Of a DNA stretch of 64,000 nt, positions 48,901 to 62,730 are shown piece after piece. The number at the start of each line of letters is the position of its first letter. Positions within the stretch are counted from its first letter, which is position 1. The notes beneath the pieces are model-generated. The model saw only the letters and a list, made by a program, of their open reading frames with translations, did not search any database and was not told where the DNA came from. The stretch is from Octopus sinensis (lineage: Eukaryota). The stretch is taken from assembly GCF_006345805.1 (NCBI RefSeq), contig NC_043003.1, forward strand, positions 44,826,001-44,890,000, in the 5' to 3' direction. The position numbers were made by a program, and so were the translations under genes.

Positions 48901-50679
48901 AAATGTTTGTTGTAAAACGTTCGACATCCAGAAAAGATTGTTTACAGAGATGACCCCATTGCAACAGTAAGTACACGGATGGAGAACAGCGTTTGAAGAA
49001 AACCCCTAACTGGCAGACAATAACCCGCGATCTCGCCATAGAGTGGACACATGAGTTACAATCTATGAAATTGCTGCACAAATCGACAGTGCTCACTATA
49101 CAAAACTTAAGACAGAGAAAATGCTGTTTAACGGAAAGTGCGTGTGAGTCGGATACTTTATTGGAAATCCTATTTCAAGGACAGAAGAATGGAAGTCCGC
49201 TCTGGTTTGTTGTAAGCATTTAAAGCCAATTAAAACTCATTTTTCTTTACGTATTCGGTGGAAACGAATGAGCCGTGACCATATATTTATGATATGGAAA
49301 CGAAGGTGCAATCCATGTTATGACATCAACACATCTCCATCACTAAAATATGTCATGAACCAAGGAACGACACCGAAAAGCATGGCGATAGATGCGGAGG
49401 CACAGGTGTATGGCACTGTCTTTCATTTTCTGCGACGCTGTTCTTCTTTGAACAGGGAGAAGCAGTCCTTTGAGTGATTGGAAAAGCTTAAAAATTCCAT
49501 TAAAAATTCCATAAAACACACGCATATGTATGTATGTATGTATGTGTAAATATGTGTATATACACATACGTATGTGTCCGTATGCATGTGTGACGGACGT
49601 GAGTGTGGATATGAATATATGTATATACGTACATAGGTACATAACTGGATGTATTTATGCATGTAATCATAGAGAAAAAAACCTCACACATATGAACAAG
49701 TGCATATTCAGATAATTTCTATACGATTTCTTTCAGCGATTCATATATGTTTATATTGCGGTTCTGGTAAGATGTTTACATAGCTACGTCATAATTGTAT
49801 ACAAGTGTGCTTTTTTTTAAAAATTGAATACATACGTATGTATTGTGTAAGATATCTACTTATGCGCATAAAATACGGTTAGTGACATCATTCAAATGGT
49901 ATAAAAGCACATTTTGTATCCATCATTAATTCAGTTGAATAGGTACTTCAGACTGCATCGACGGTGCCTATGAGCGTGTTACCGACTTGCTAGAAATAGC
50001 AACAAAATTTCAATCCATTTACAAGTTACTATCATTAAAAAAACATTGGGAAAATGTGGTATAGTAAGACAACACATTAAATTCCCCAGATGGTTACTGC
50101 TGAAATAAATTTCATTAGCAGTTCGAAGGATCTGATTTAAGTTGGCGTTGAACGGTAACAACATTCATCATTTCACGTTCGAAACAAGGAATCTCTATGT
50201 CGTTTCGATTTGTTATACAGTGAAATGCAATTTTCTTGAGACCTCATGATACTGTCGAAATAAAATTTGTCACATTAGATAACGAATAGCCATAGATATC
50301 ATGTCTCGAATCTAGACAGGTTTCGTAGTGCAAAATGTTCTGCTAGCTGAACGCTGATCCTAGTCCAACGAAATGCAACAACAACAAAAGCAAATATTAG
50401 AATTACCGACAGCATCTGGATGAATATTTTGGCGATACATAATGCTTTTTTCATTATATCACTTTTCACTAGGAGTAAGCTTTATTATTCATGTTAGTAT
50501 ATTTTTCTTATTTAATATTCGTTTTTCGCTCCAATATCGTACGTCTGGTATAAGAATTTCCATCTGTATGGGAATCTTGCGTTTAGGAGAAGCCAAACTA
50601 CTTGTCGTAGATGCTAAAATAGAAACCAAACATAAACAATATCTTTATCTACATCTGTCTCACTGTCAACTTATATATA

Positions 50680-50850
<171 letters not shown>

Positions 50851-53489
50851 TACATCAAGAAGAAGAAGAAGACGAAGAAGAAGAAGGTAAACACTCGGGA
50901 ATACTGGAAAGAGAGAAAATCAAAAATATACGAGTTGGTGAAATCTTCGTGAAACTATAAACCCAAAGTAAATGCGGTAAATATCATACACGTTGTGAGA
51001 TTCAGAGCAATATCGCTGAACAGTAAAAGCATTTAACTACCCCAGTTGGGCGATTCAAGTATAACTAAACAAACAATATCCCTTTATCTACCCACATTAT
51101 CCATTAGCTTTGTCCACTAACACACACGTTTGAACAGAGTGATTATTTTGAGCCTGAGCATTCCAGGAGTCTGCTGTACCGACTCTCTTTTAGGCCATTC
51201 ATCACTTAGATTTCGTTTTAGCAGGATATGTAAAATATTTCAATGTCTTGAGACGCATAATCTTTTATGTGCTTAGATCACGCTGCGCTTTTACATAATA
51301 ACCTTTCTGTCTCATGTTGAATTATTCATTTTTCGGTAAACTTTATTCTTCAAATAATTTACAAGTAAATGTTATGACCTGTTTGGAGATATAGGAAAAT
51401 AAATTCTTGGCCACTTCTCCACATGTACTTATGATTCGTAAATTTCTCACATAACCTAATTTGTTTGCGTTGGATAAAATCTGAGTTTAAGAGAGATCAA
51501 TTTTTCTTCATTGCTTTTCTTCGCACTCGTTAATAATTTGAATGTCTGGTTAACCACCTTTATACCCTCTAAAAGAATAGATTTTCGCGTGGGGCTGCGA
51601 CAGTATAGCAAAGACCTTAGATGCTATTTTACGGGATTGAGCACGTGATAAATCTGCAATATCACCGGAACACTAACTCATAGTGTACTAGAAATTGTCA
51701 CCAACTGTTTTCCTGCTTACTTTGCACTTCTTTATATTCCCTCTAATTTAATTGCTCTAGTTTTTGTTTTTATTCATTTATTGAGAGGAAAAATGCTAAA
51801 ACTGTTCTCGAGAAGAGTGATAAAGAAAGGTCTTCCACTGCAATATGTATTTCACACTTTTCCTTTACTCGCAACAATTTCCATTTCAAGACTGAACCTC
51901 AGGTAAATCATTGGGTCTTGTAGATCTGTTTAACCACAAGTTGCTTTTATACCCATTGCATAGAGGCTGCTCATACTTTGAAACAAATGCGAAAGTAAAA
52001 GTACAAATTAATATACGTAGTTTGCGCTCGTCTTAAGTGTTAGTCTAATATGTTTCTGTACAATCAAAATATAAATCAGGCACTAATGAATGCCTGAATT
52101 TTGTTTGTGTCTCCAGGCTGTATTTGGACAGCATTGACAATATAAGAACGACAAAAAACTATTCATTAATACTCCGTTAACAGAGAAGATTTTCACAGGT
52201 TTTCCTTTAGCTGCATTCTTGAGCGAACTGAAAATCTTATATGCTTATAAGACGGAAACATAATATATTTCTCTAGTCATTCCTGTATGAATTCATGAGG
52301 AATAATATGCATCATTTACAAACATGTCTTGCTTTTATATTTCTTCTTGAAAGATGTACATCTACATATTTTAAAATGGTGTATAATCTTAAAAAACAAA
52401 GGCAATACTGCTATGCAAAATAACAGAAATGATTTTGTTTAACAAATGGCGTGTGTGTCTGTGAGAGTGTTGTTGTCATTTTTGACATTTCGACTTGAGA
52501 TATCCAAATTGATAATTAAACTATTAGTGTTTTCATTTTAGTCATGTGCAACATTAATATTTTGCCGTGTAATTTAATTAGCATTCATTTTTTGATTGAT
52601 TGCTTACTTGCTTCGGAAATGAGATATTTTGTTCAATTTCACATTTATAGGTAGCCGTGCTAGTTTCATTCGTAGCATTTTTCTTCTGGAATTCTCAGAC
52701 GTGAGAAAATATATGATATCGCAACAAAATATTATATTATACTTTTTTTCTCGTATGATAACGCTGCAAAAACCAAGCGACTAGAACCTATTATTTTGTC
52801 GGTATATTGTAATAAAATGCATTTTATTTCTTTTCAAGATTTAATACAACTTCAAACTCAATAATGATAAACGTGGTTGTTTGGTTCATTATCATTAAAC
52901 CAACTTTATTCGGAGACCTTTTGAGTATGACGGGCTACTCGACCTGTGATGGATTCTACCTGCGTCCCAACTACAATGTCGGGTCCTGCTCATCTTCATA
53001 TGAGATCACTACATGCAGCACATATGGTTGTGATGTATGGATCTGGTGTACACCTATCAGGCGGCTAGACATGGATGGTATATTGGGTTTCGTATATTTG
53101 TGCCCCAGTGTCATTTTGATGGTATGCATTGCTCTCTCACTCAGTACAATCTGGATAATTCCATGTCCTCACCTTTCTACTGAAAAAGGTGGTGGAAAAA
53201 CACAATAAGGGAATACCTTTAACTTTCACACGGGACCCCGAATGGCTTCCGCAGATAGCTGTGGAAACCATAACGTTGTCCGTGATACGTAGGCTGGAGG
53301 GGCTCAAAGAGGAATATCGATTGTGGCCGGGCGACTCCGACTCGGAGCCCGCCTCGGTTTTAAATGAGGCGTGGGCGGTGGCGGAGTATACGGGCACAAG
53401 CGATGTTGGGGAGGAAAATTGACAAGAGATTGAAAAGCCTCAGTGTTATAATATTTAAGTGTGTAAGAGGCTCAGCGCCTCAATTTGTA

Positions 53490-53680
53490 AATGGACTATT
53501 AAGTCCAAAAAATTTTAAACGGAAGTAAGAGGTTCAATACCTCGGTTTGCTTTTTGTGTTAAAAATAATAATGTTTCAGTTTGTCAATGGACTATTAAGA
53601 CCAATGCTTGTAAAACGTAAGTAAGAGGTCCAATACCTCGGTTTGTTTTTTGTGTAAAAACATAATGTTTTAGATAAGCA
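53490..53680. repeat. 97-bp tandem duplication
   Basis: aatggactattaag...gtaagagg(t)caatacctcggtttg...ataatgttt at 53490 and 53587. Confidence 0.8.
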
Positions 53681-53807
53681 AAAAATCAGCGCCGATTTTT
53701 ATCTTCTTCCATTAATATCATCTTATTTCGTCATTCATCTTATCAATGTTTCTGTCCTGCCAGCGAGCTACTCTGTATCATGCCTTTATGGTAAAATGTT
53801 TGAAATA

Positions 53808-53947
53808 AAGTAGCTTGCTTACGGTTCCGAGTTCATTCCCACTGCGTGGCACTTTGGGCAGGGGTCTTCTATTATAGCCGCGGGCCGACCAAAGCCTTGT
53901 ATGTGGTTTTGGTAGACGGAAACTGAAGGAAGCCCATCGTATATATG

Positions 53948-53992
<45 letters not shown>

Positions 53993-54165
53993 CTATGTTT
54001 GTTCCCCCAACATCGATGGTGGTGTATTTACGTCCCCGTAACCTAGCGGTTCGGCAAAGAAGACCGATATAAGTAGTAGGTTTACAACGAATAAGTAGTG
54101 GGTTCGATTTGGTCGACTAAAGGCGGTGCTCCAGCATGGCCGCAGTCAAATGACTGAAACAAGTT
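53808..54165 (+). mobile_element. SINE family B
   Basis: Homologous to 43081-43497 along its length. Confidence 0.88.
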
Positions 54166-54210
54166 AAGAGTATATTTAAATGTATGGTTCAAGGAAAAAA
54201 TTTTATGTTC

Positions 54211-54241
<31 letters not shown>

Positions 54242-55348
54242 AACTGTATTGGAGAAGGAGAAACGAAACGAAACGAATCGAATCGACACGAGGACGCTCA
54301 GTCATACAATAGTGTAAAAAATAAAATATATGCATACATACATACATATATGTACGTACCTACATCTACATGTATATATACATACATATATAAATATATA
54401 TACATGAGTACCGGACACCACAATTAGGCGTAGAACATAACGAGAAACGAAAACGAAAAAACAAGCATGGAACGGACCTTTTTTTTAACAACGAAAGAAC
54501 TGTGTACAAGACAAACTACACAAGGAAAAATCCCCTTCATCAGCTGTCCCTAGTTCAATTCCAGCGTGTTTCAAAGGTGCGGACAGAACACGACTCGTCG
54601 AAATAGCCCTTCCTGCGAAGAAATTAATAAAATTACTTCGCAGTGGGGTAAAAACAAGGAAAGAAAAGAATGTGACACAAACAGGACGTAAAAACGATAC
54701 AGATAAATTAGAAAATTAAATACAAAATAAAATACAAAATAAAAATACAATTGCAAAAAAATACAAGAAATAAAAACAAACAAGAAATCAAACAAAGAGG
54801 GCATTATGGCCTAGACGGGGAGAAATTCAAAGAGCACAAGAACCGTGTGTTTACAGTTGAGAGGCCGCCTGCAAAAGGAAGTAGTTGGCTGGCTGTGAGA
54901 GAGATGAGGAGGTGTGAGAGAGAGAGAGAGAGAGGGATAGAGGAGGACAAACGGCGAGAGGACCAATTTTAAATATTAAATACTGTTGGTACTACGGTAT
55001 TGGAATCTTACATTGTATATAAATTCTATACTTGGAATGAACAATTTGAACAATTTTAAATACTGTTGGATTTTTTTCATAAGGTATTGGAATCTTACAT
55101 ATATACCATTCTGCCTAAAAAAATGGATCTACAAATTCAATATCCCTACATATCTCACATCTATTTGCTTTCCTCCACCTCTATTTTCTATCATATCTAA
55201 ATTAACTATTATTTAATCATCCTCTCAAACCGTCTCCGATAAAGGGATTTAATTCCAAAATATCCCAGAAACAGCCGTAATACCTTCTATCTATAAATAT
55301 TCTAACAGATACACTGCCTTTGTTTTTTATCTCATTACGCAAAAAATT

Positions 55349-55417
<69 letters not shown>

Positions 55418-56330
55418 TGAATACTTCAAGGGCAGCTTCATGGTTTTTTGTACTTCAATTATTACATATTTATCTTTTACAGAAATGCACACATGAAGGA
55501 GGAGTAAATTATGTATATAGTAATACTTTGAATCTGACTTCCGAGAAACTGTAAACGTCATTATTTGGTCATATATGAATTAAAATAAAAATAAAGATAG
55601 AATCTGCTACTTGCTTGTATTCATACTTTTGCATTTGCTTCTCCGTGGGATATCGAAGTGTCATTTATTTGGGTTTTGTGATCCTCGCTGTTGAAGAAAA
55701 AATAGGTTTTGGATTAATCCAGAAATCGGACCCTATTCGGTGATAACTATATTTTTATGATTTTTTGTTAGCTTGCATTCTTCGTTTCAGAACGTGGTGT
55801 AATAACATATGTCAAAATATTTGTTTATTTGGTTAGACGATTTAGCATCCATTTTTCAGCATATTAGCGAAGAATTTTTTCCCTTTATATGTGTATATAT
55901 GTGTCTGTGTATGTGTGTATGTGTTTGTACGTATGCATGTGTGTGTGAGTGTGTGTATATGTATGTATATATATACGTACACTGGCATACTCTCATACAC
56001 CCTTAAAAATATACACGTGCATATACCTATGGCTTTGACAATCTGGACCATTCCATGTCCTCAGCTTTCTGCTGACAAGGATAACAATTTTCCTAGGTGG
56101 TATAACTGTATCATATCTTAATATGCAAATCTGGAAGCTACATGCCATTCATATCTGCTTTATTCTGGATTACACTAATCAGCTCTCTCCGCTGCCCTTC
56201 TTAATGGAAATGCCAGATAAAATATCTTTTATCTACATGAAAACCGATATGTCTGCATGTCACAGAAAACATTAATGTAATATTAACACCCACCCATACA
56301 GAACTCACCAACCACACACATATATGTATG

Positions 56331-56373
<43 letters not shown>

Positions 56374-56378
56374 ATATG

Positions 56379-56409
<31 letters not shown>

Positions 56410-56849
56410 TCATCACAATAACAAATAAGGCATGTTTCAGATTATTACGTCTCTAATTCTACGCAATGTTGGCATCCAGTCAGACAAGCGCAATTTTTAT
56501 TTCCCGGTTCATCAGAATTCAGCACTTGAAAGAAATCACAATATAGTGGCTTGGGAAAACGTCTCAGTCTGATGGGGCACTGATCAATTTGAATCAATTC
56601 AAACTTTTGACAAGATCGATTTAATTGCCATCATCTGAAGATGAATCATTACAATGTACATCGTAATTTGTTCGATTATAAAAGTAAGCATCTAGTTTAA
56701 GGAACGGTTTGGCATTGAGTCTTCGAACATTTAAAGATTGTTCATTAGATTTCAAGTTATTGTTTCTGACAGTGGACAGATTAAATACATTCCGCTTGAA
56801 CTGGATATGCGAGATAGTTGTGGTGTTTGCATACGTGGTAGACGTCGCG

Positions 56850-58930
56850 GTAATATTACGCTAGTTCGGATATATGGTTTCCTTTTGTTGTTGGCATACA
56901 CGACATGTTGGCAACTGCCGTTTTTTAATATGTTGGCCTGGTAATTCCTTGTAGGTAGGCATTGATCTTGAGCTGCTATGATAAACCCTTCTGTTTCAGA
57001 TTTTAATGCAGAGGCCATTAGCCATTGATGGGTCAGGGCTTTGTCAACATCGCCATTATTCGCTCTCTTTGGGTATTTGCCATTGAGAGATTTTTCTTGC
57101 CATTTCTTAGTCAAAATATCTAAGGCAGCAGTTTTAGCACGGGTTTTGATGCGCTTAGTTTTTTCTGCGCTTGTTTCTCGTACGTCTAATTCTGGAATTT
57201 GTTGTATTTGGAATTCACTTAGATATTCCTTTGCCTGTTTTGTTACTGAATATGATGCTTTCTTGTTTTCATGTTTTGAGACTAGATTCAACATCCACTC
57301 GTCAGAGTTTTTCAGGTAGGTGTCTAGACCAATTGTGGCAATCTTCATTTTTAATGTCAGTTGTAAAAGTCCACGGCCTCCCTCTTTTCTTGGCAGATAA
57401 AATCGTTCTATATGGTGTTTTCCCTATCTTCCTGTAAAAATTTTGGGGTTTATTGTTGAAGATGTTGTCCTTGAACAATCTAACACTCTTTGCAAACCTC
57501 GCTATGCGGGCAGCTTTAGCACATACCTTTTGCTTGATGGGTTCTATAGTGTCATCAATGTCAAGTATGGTATGCATATTATATATTTTCTTTAATTTTC
57601 GGATGTTTATAGGATTAGTAATCTTGTCAATTAGTAGTCTTGTTTTTCCATCATTCTAGGTCAGACCTAAGTAGCTTAATAAGGTGTTTTCATACGCTCT
57701 TGCCAAGAAGGTTTTTGTGGGAATGTTGCCATTTTTAAAAAATTTTCCCACATAGAAAGGTTGAGATTTTCGCGGATGCATAGTACAGGTGGTTGAGATC
57801 TGTGATATCAACTTCATTAGCTGAAATTATATCCTTAAGTGCAAGGCGGATTTTACCAATTATTTTCAGATTTTGGTCAGAATTGCGGATTTTTGGGAGA
57901 GTATCGCGTTCATTCATACTGGTTTCTTTAATTTTCAGCCATTCAATGATATGATCTTTTAGATCATGTAGTTATGTTGGGTAAATATTTGCGTGACTTT
58001 CTTCATCTATTTGATTTTCATCTGTCTTAGTGTTTATGGTTGGTTCAGAGACTATTTCACTTTGCCTATCAATTACATTAACTCTTTCAAACATTACTGT
58101 GTTTTCATCTGCCCTGGGCTGGTCTATAATTATTTCATCGGTAGTATCTTCTTTAGCTACAGCTTCGTTGTTTTTATCCTTTACTGCTTGTTTAATTTGG
58201 TCAATTTCTACTTCAGTCAGTAATTTCTTTTCATAATTTTTCTTCTGACGTTGGCAAGTTTTTTACTGTCTATGTAGGGTCTCATTTCGAGTGTTTCTGT
58301 CTCCAGTTTAAGTAGATTTGTAGTGTATTAGATTTATCCGCGGGGAAATATATGGCATGGTAGAAGGCCGTTAGAAATTCCTTATTATCTTCCCTAGACA
58401 ATTTTTCCTTCTTTTTCTTTCGGTTATTTGATGATGGTCATGGATGGCCATCTGTTGCAATATTCCGGTTGTGGGGTATTTCCAGCTCCTGTGTTTCGGG
58501 AAGACTTGAACCAGTAGCTGATTTTTCGACACGAAACTGGTTCAATATTGGAGTATGTGGTCTTTTGTAATCCGGTCGATAACCATTCCGGTTTGTAATT
58601 CATTTTGTTAACAGTGAGGCATGACGAGCTTCGACGTTGACATTAGGAGACGCATCTGTCATCTTAGGGTTATTTTTTGCGACAACACCGTCTCCGCGTT
58701 CTCTGCATGTAAACATCGCTCGTAGTGTAGCTTCTTAAGGCTAGTAGATCTGTGTTCGTCTGTATTTTTTGTTGATAGATTTATCTCCGAACATAGTATT
58801 TTTTGTTGTGTTTTTAAACTTATGAATGTTTACGGTGTTGAATTTGTAAACTTTCCGGTGTTGATATTGCGTGTGTGTTTCGCACATGTTTCCCTGAGAC
58901 ACCTGCATAGGAGAAACTGTGCTTTGTGTA
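56850..58930 (-). mobile_element. R4/Dong-like (RLE-type) non-LTR retrotransposon remnant lacking RT and endonuclease
   Basis: N-terminal KLANVRR/LLTEVEID, RDTLPKI and IKQKVCAKAARIARF...FYRKI join directly to IERFYLPRKEGGRGL...KWQEKSLNGKY...WLMASALKSETEGFIIAAQDQCLPTRNY. A frameshifted CRVCQQQKETI (start of the CCHC knuckle) follows. Confidence 0.8.
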
Positions 58931-58934
58931 TTTA

Positions 58935-58950
58935 TCATTATTATTATTAC

Positions 58951-59035
<85 letters not shown>

Positions 59036-59082
59036 ACTATTATTATTATTATTATTATTATTATAAGAAGAAGAAGAAGAAA
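58935..59082. repeat. (TTA)n-(TTG)n-(TTA)n-(AAG)n compound microsatellite
   Basis: Direct reading. Confidence 0.97.
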
Positions 59083-59169
59083 AAACGAAGGAAACGGGGA
59101 AGGTAAGAGGAGATGATACTGATGATGATTGGGTGGGGTGGGCTTTGTCGACGATGACTACAACAATGA

Positions 59170-59800
59170 TGATGGGATTTGTCTATTTGCTAGAAATGCT
59201 CTGAACATAGAATAATACAAGTTTCGCTACGCAAGGGACTTCTGAGATGGATTAAATCTGTTAGTAAATAACAAAGAGATCCTGTAGGATTCTACGAAGA
59301 AATTTGCAGATCAAAAGTACAATTAATTGCACAGGAAGACTCCAAGATTATAATAACAGGTACTTATTGAAACCAGCTATTAAGCACTGAAACATATGTA
59401 GCTATCCATAAAATCTATTCATCAAGGGCTTCACAATCCTGATTAAGCAATCACTCTACTTCATTCCCCTAACGTTCTTGGTTAGAGATTTCACAATCTT
59501 CCGTAAGAACCATATATCTAACGCTGGGTGGTCACTGGTCAGGTGAGGAACGAAGCCCTATTGATCGTTGACAAGTAGCTTGCATTCATGTCTGTCTGAA
59601 ATTTATTTTAATATTCTGTGATTTGTATGCCGTTTGATGTATGATCAAATCTCTTCCAAGATCCGCATCTCGTGTGCAAGATAACGGATAATTAATTGAT
59701 AGATCTGTTATATTATTGTTAGCCTTGCAAACGTTTGCTAATTGTATTACATTCCGGAGGAAGCAGAGGTTTCCTAATTGTAGATGAGTTATCCTTCATA
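59170..59800 (-). pseudogene. Possible very old CR1/L2-like LINE 3' remnant
   Basis: Faint matches to RDLG.I, SYEERL and FF.NRV-type C-terminal motifs. Heavily degraded. Confidence 0.25.
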
Positions 59801-60469
59801 ATACATGAAGCCTTTCTCTGCAAAGAGCATCGACTTTTCATCGTAGTTATAACACTTCTCGATTTTTATCTTCTTCCATTTTCCTCTAGTTGTCCAATGC
59901 CTATCCATCCTAAATCTGCTCTATATTCTTAACTAAAATGAATTATATTACTGTTATTACTAAGCAACAGGCATCTTTGTTCTCGGTATTAGCCGCTAAC
60001 AATGGCGAAAGGAAGATTTTCCATGACTCCAGCGTTGAAGCTGTAATATACTTTACACTCTATTTCAATATATTTTTCTAACATACTCCGAAGAACATAT
60101 TTCCCTGCATATCTCACGTCTATTTTCATTCTTCCACTTCACTCTCTATTTCGTATCTACCATAACTATTACTGAACCATTTTCTTACACCGTCTCCGAT
60201 TTATAAATGTTGTGAAATCTTTATAGCCTTGGATTTTTATCTCATTCTGTTAATTTATTTTATATATACACATGTTGAACATATGACCTACATTGGACTC
60301 CTCTTTCGCATAATCACCGAACCTGGAGCTTAACTATAGTCTGTCCATACCACTTACTCAGCATTACCTGACACCTTTGGGTCTTCTTGAAACCATTACC
60401 TCTCATAAGCTCAATTTCACGCTATTATAAGCACTTATCTCAGGTAACGCCTCAGTAATGGATAAGCAA

Positions 60470-61570
60470 TTCCTTGGCGTTTCTCTTAAGGACACATATT
60501 CCTTCACAAAAGACATTCCTCTTAATCCACCTTACCAAAACGAAGGATCTCATCAAAAGAATGAGATGGAAATTAGTCTTCCATGACAATTAAAAACGAC
60601 GATATTACCAACGGCTACAAAAATGACAATATTACCAACGGCTACAACCTCAAATCTTATAAGAACCCTCTACATAACCTCCATCTCGAAAAATCTGAAG
60701 CGGATATGATTAATTAAATTGTAAGCATTAAATGCTCCGAATATAAATCCCCCCTTTCAAAAATGGCTCTCACACACCATAAAATGGATTATTGCATCCC
60801 CCAAATTACATGTCTTCTCGGATAAAACAGGAAATATGTAACCCGTTACCATTGATGAATACAATAAATTCATAAAGAAAGAACTCAACAAATTCTACAA
60901 GATGGCACCAACATCTGCCCTAAATGAAATCAATACCAACCACTGCAAACTTATGAGAAAATTATAAGCGAATGACCAAAATGTACTGACCTACACCTCC
61001 ACATTTTAATATCAAGGATCACAAGAAGGACTTTATTACCAAAATTTTTATACGCCTAATATGCATCACCAAATCCGACCTAGGAAGTGTAAGCAAAAAT
61101 ATTTTAGACAAAATAATACCAATCGTGAAGAACAAATTAAATGTTAATCTATGGTCCCACACTGGTGAAATTATTTCGTGGTTCCATCTTCTAAAATTCA
61201 CAATCCCATATTCCTTCCTATAATTCGGCATAAATAATTACTATTCTTCTATTTCTCCTAAACTTCTTAATCAAGATCTTCTTCTAGCTAGGAACCTTAG
61301 TAAACTAACCCCACTAGAAATTAATATAATACTTAATGCCCGCAAAACCCTTATTTCTTTTGATAACAAACTTTAGTGCCGGGCCAATCACCATAACAAT
61401 AACCATAGCAACCTATTCGACATAACCATGAGATCATGTCTTGGTTGAACTATATATACTTCACCAGCTCCATATACATTTTCAAAACATCAAGGGAAGC
61501 CGATACAGGGACGACGCCTTACTAGTTACCAAAAGCATAAATAAATCGTCCTTAGAAAGAACTATACACT
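60470..61570 (+). pseudogene. Decayed PLE-type reverse transcriptase with YRDD catalytic motif
   Basis: Across frames: LIKRMRWKLVFH, VFSDKTGNM, NIKDHKKDF, SDLGSVSKNILDKI, LWSHTGEIISWF, FGINNYYSSI, LVELYIL, RYRDDAL. Stops and frameshifts present. Confidence 0.7.
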
Positions 61571-61574
61571 TCTC

Positions 61575-62005
61575 CGGGAAAGTTCCGATGGTTCTATGGA
61601 AAGTTCCGGGGATCACCCAACTTCCTGGAAAACCGTTCGGAAACTTCCAGGAAAGTTCCGATGATTTCATGGAAAGTTCAGGGGATTCTCCAACTTCGTG
61701 GAAAGTTCCGGGGATATCTCAACTTCCTGGAAAGTCGGTCGGAAACTCCCTGGAAAGTTCTGGGATTTCACGGAAATTATCGGGGATTTCCCAACTGCAT
61801 GGAAAAACGTTCGGAAACGTCATAGAAAGTTCCGATAGTTTCATGGAAAGTTCCGAGGAAATTATGGAAAGTTCCGGGGGATTTCCCATCTTCCAGGAAA
61901 ATTGGTCGGAAACTTCCTGGATAGTTCCAATGATTTAATGGAAGGTTCCGGGGATTCTCCAACTTCCTGGAAAATCGTTCGGAAACTTCCTGGAAAGTCG
62001 GTCGA
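61575..62005. repeat. Complex minisatellite built from GGAAAGTTCC / GGAAACTTCC subunits
   Basis: Subunits of ~21, ~23 and ~29 bp recur in a loose ~73 bp higher-order pattern. Confidence 0.9.
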
Positions 62006-62559
62006 AAGCTACACTACATCCTTCAATATTTCCATGTGTCCTGAAGTCCGCCAACAGTACACTTGATGGCCATTTTTTCTTTTTAGTTGTAGTGCACCTG
62101 AGCACTGTATACAACAATTTCCTTCATCCTTATATATGTGTTTGTGTTGACTTTCTGTGCAACACGTTATGGCTGTTAGTCAATGTAATGTCACACAATC
62201 ACTTTTGTTCCCACTCAGTGGTACTCTACACATTTTTCATTATTTGGTGCAAGACTGTCTCTCTTTCCTATTTATTTCTCTGTCCTTCTCCTCTCCCATC
62301 TATCTACGTCTCTACCTATCTGCTGCTTTTCTCTCTTTACTGCCTTCCGTTTCTTCCTGTGCCCACCTCTGTCAACTACCTACTCTCTATCTTTATTCCC
62401 TTATTTCTCCGCACTCTATCTTTCTTCTTACTTGCACTTCCCCAACCTTATCTACTCTCTTTCTTCACTCTTTTAGTACCAAAAGACAATTCAATTTTTT
62501 ATCACTCATCGTTTTTCTACTTGACCAGTGCATAGGTAGGACATCATTGTTTAATGTCT

Positions 62560-62730
62560 ATTTTCCAAGCTGGAATAGGTTGAATGGTTCGACTGGGGCC
62601 TGGGATTCCAGGAGGCTGCACCAGGCTCCAGTCTGATCTGGCAGTGTTTCTACAGCTGGATGCCCTTCCTAACGTCAACCACTCTGAGAGTGTAGTGGGT
62701 GCTGTTTTTACGTGCCACCGGCACAGGGGA
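62560..62730 (-). mobile_element. SINE/RTE-related repeat fragment
   Basis: Minus strand ggttgacgttaggaagggcatccagctgtagaaacactgcc, a motif I recall from SINE/RTE-related repeats. Confidence 0.5.

Noticed and set aside
48650-49260. Possible Tc1 transposase remnant (PAISP...YNL*) and 148-aa ORF
   Set aside because: Only a few residues resemble WPxxSPDLNPIENLW. No TIR found and the ORF has no recognisable motif.
51300-51450. Minus-strand YLKNKVY resembling a Tc1/mariner C-terminus
   Set aside because: A single short motif; cannot be supported.
54532-54577. Type II-like arrangement on minus strand: CCUUU GAAA...CUGAUGA AGGGG
   Set aside because: Stem II and the core are present, but there is no U16.1-H17 site or stem III. 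At most a dead remnant.
56510-56680. CTGATGA (minus, ~56510) and CTGAAGATG...CATCGTAA (plus, ~56635)
   Set aside because: The first has no possible stem II loop or stem III. The second has GTAA instead of GAAA and no stem I.
58865-58925. Search for an HDV-like ribozyme at the 5' end of the R4/Dong-like element
   Set aside because: Only a simple stem-loop (GCACA..GTTTCTC/GGGAAAC..TGTGC) is visible; the nested double pseudoknot could not be built.
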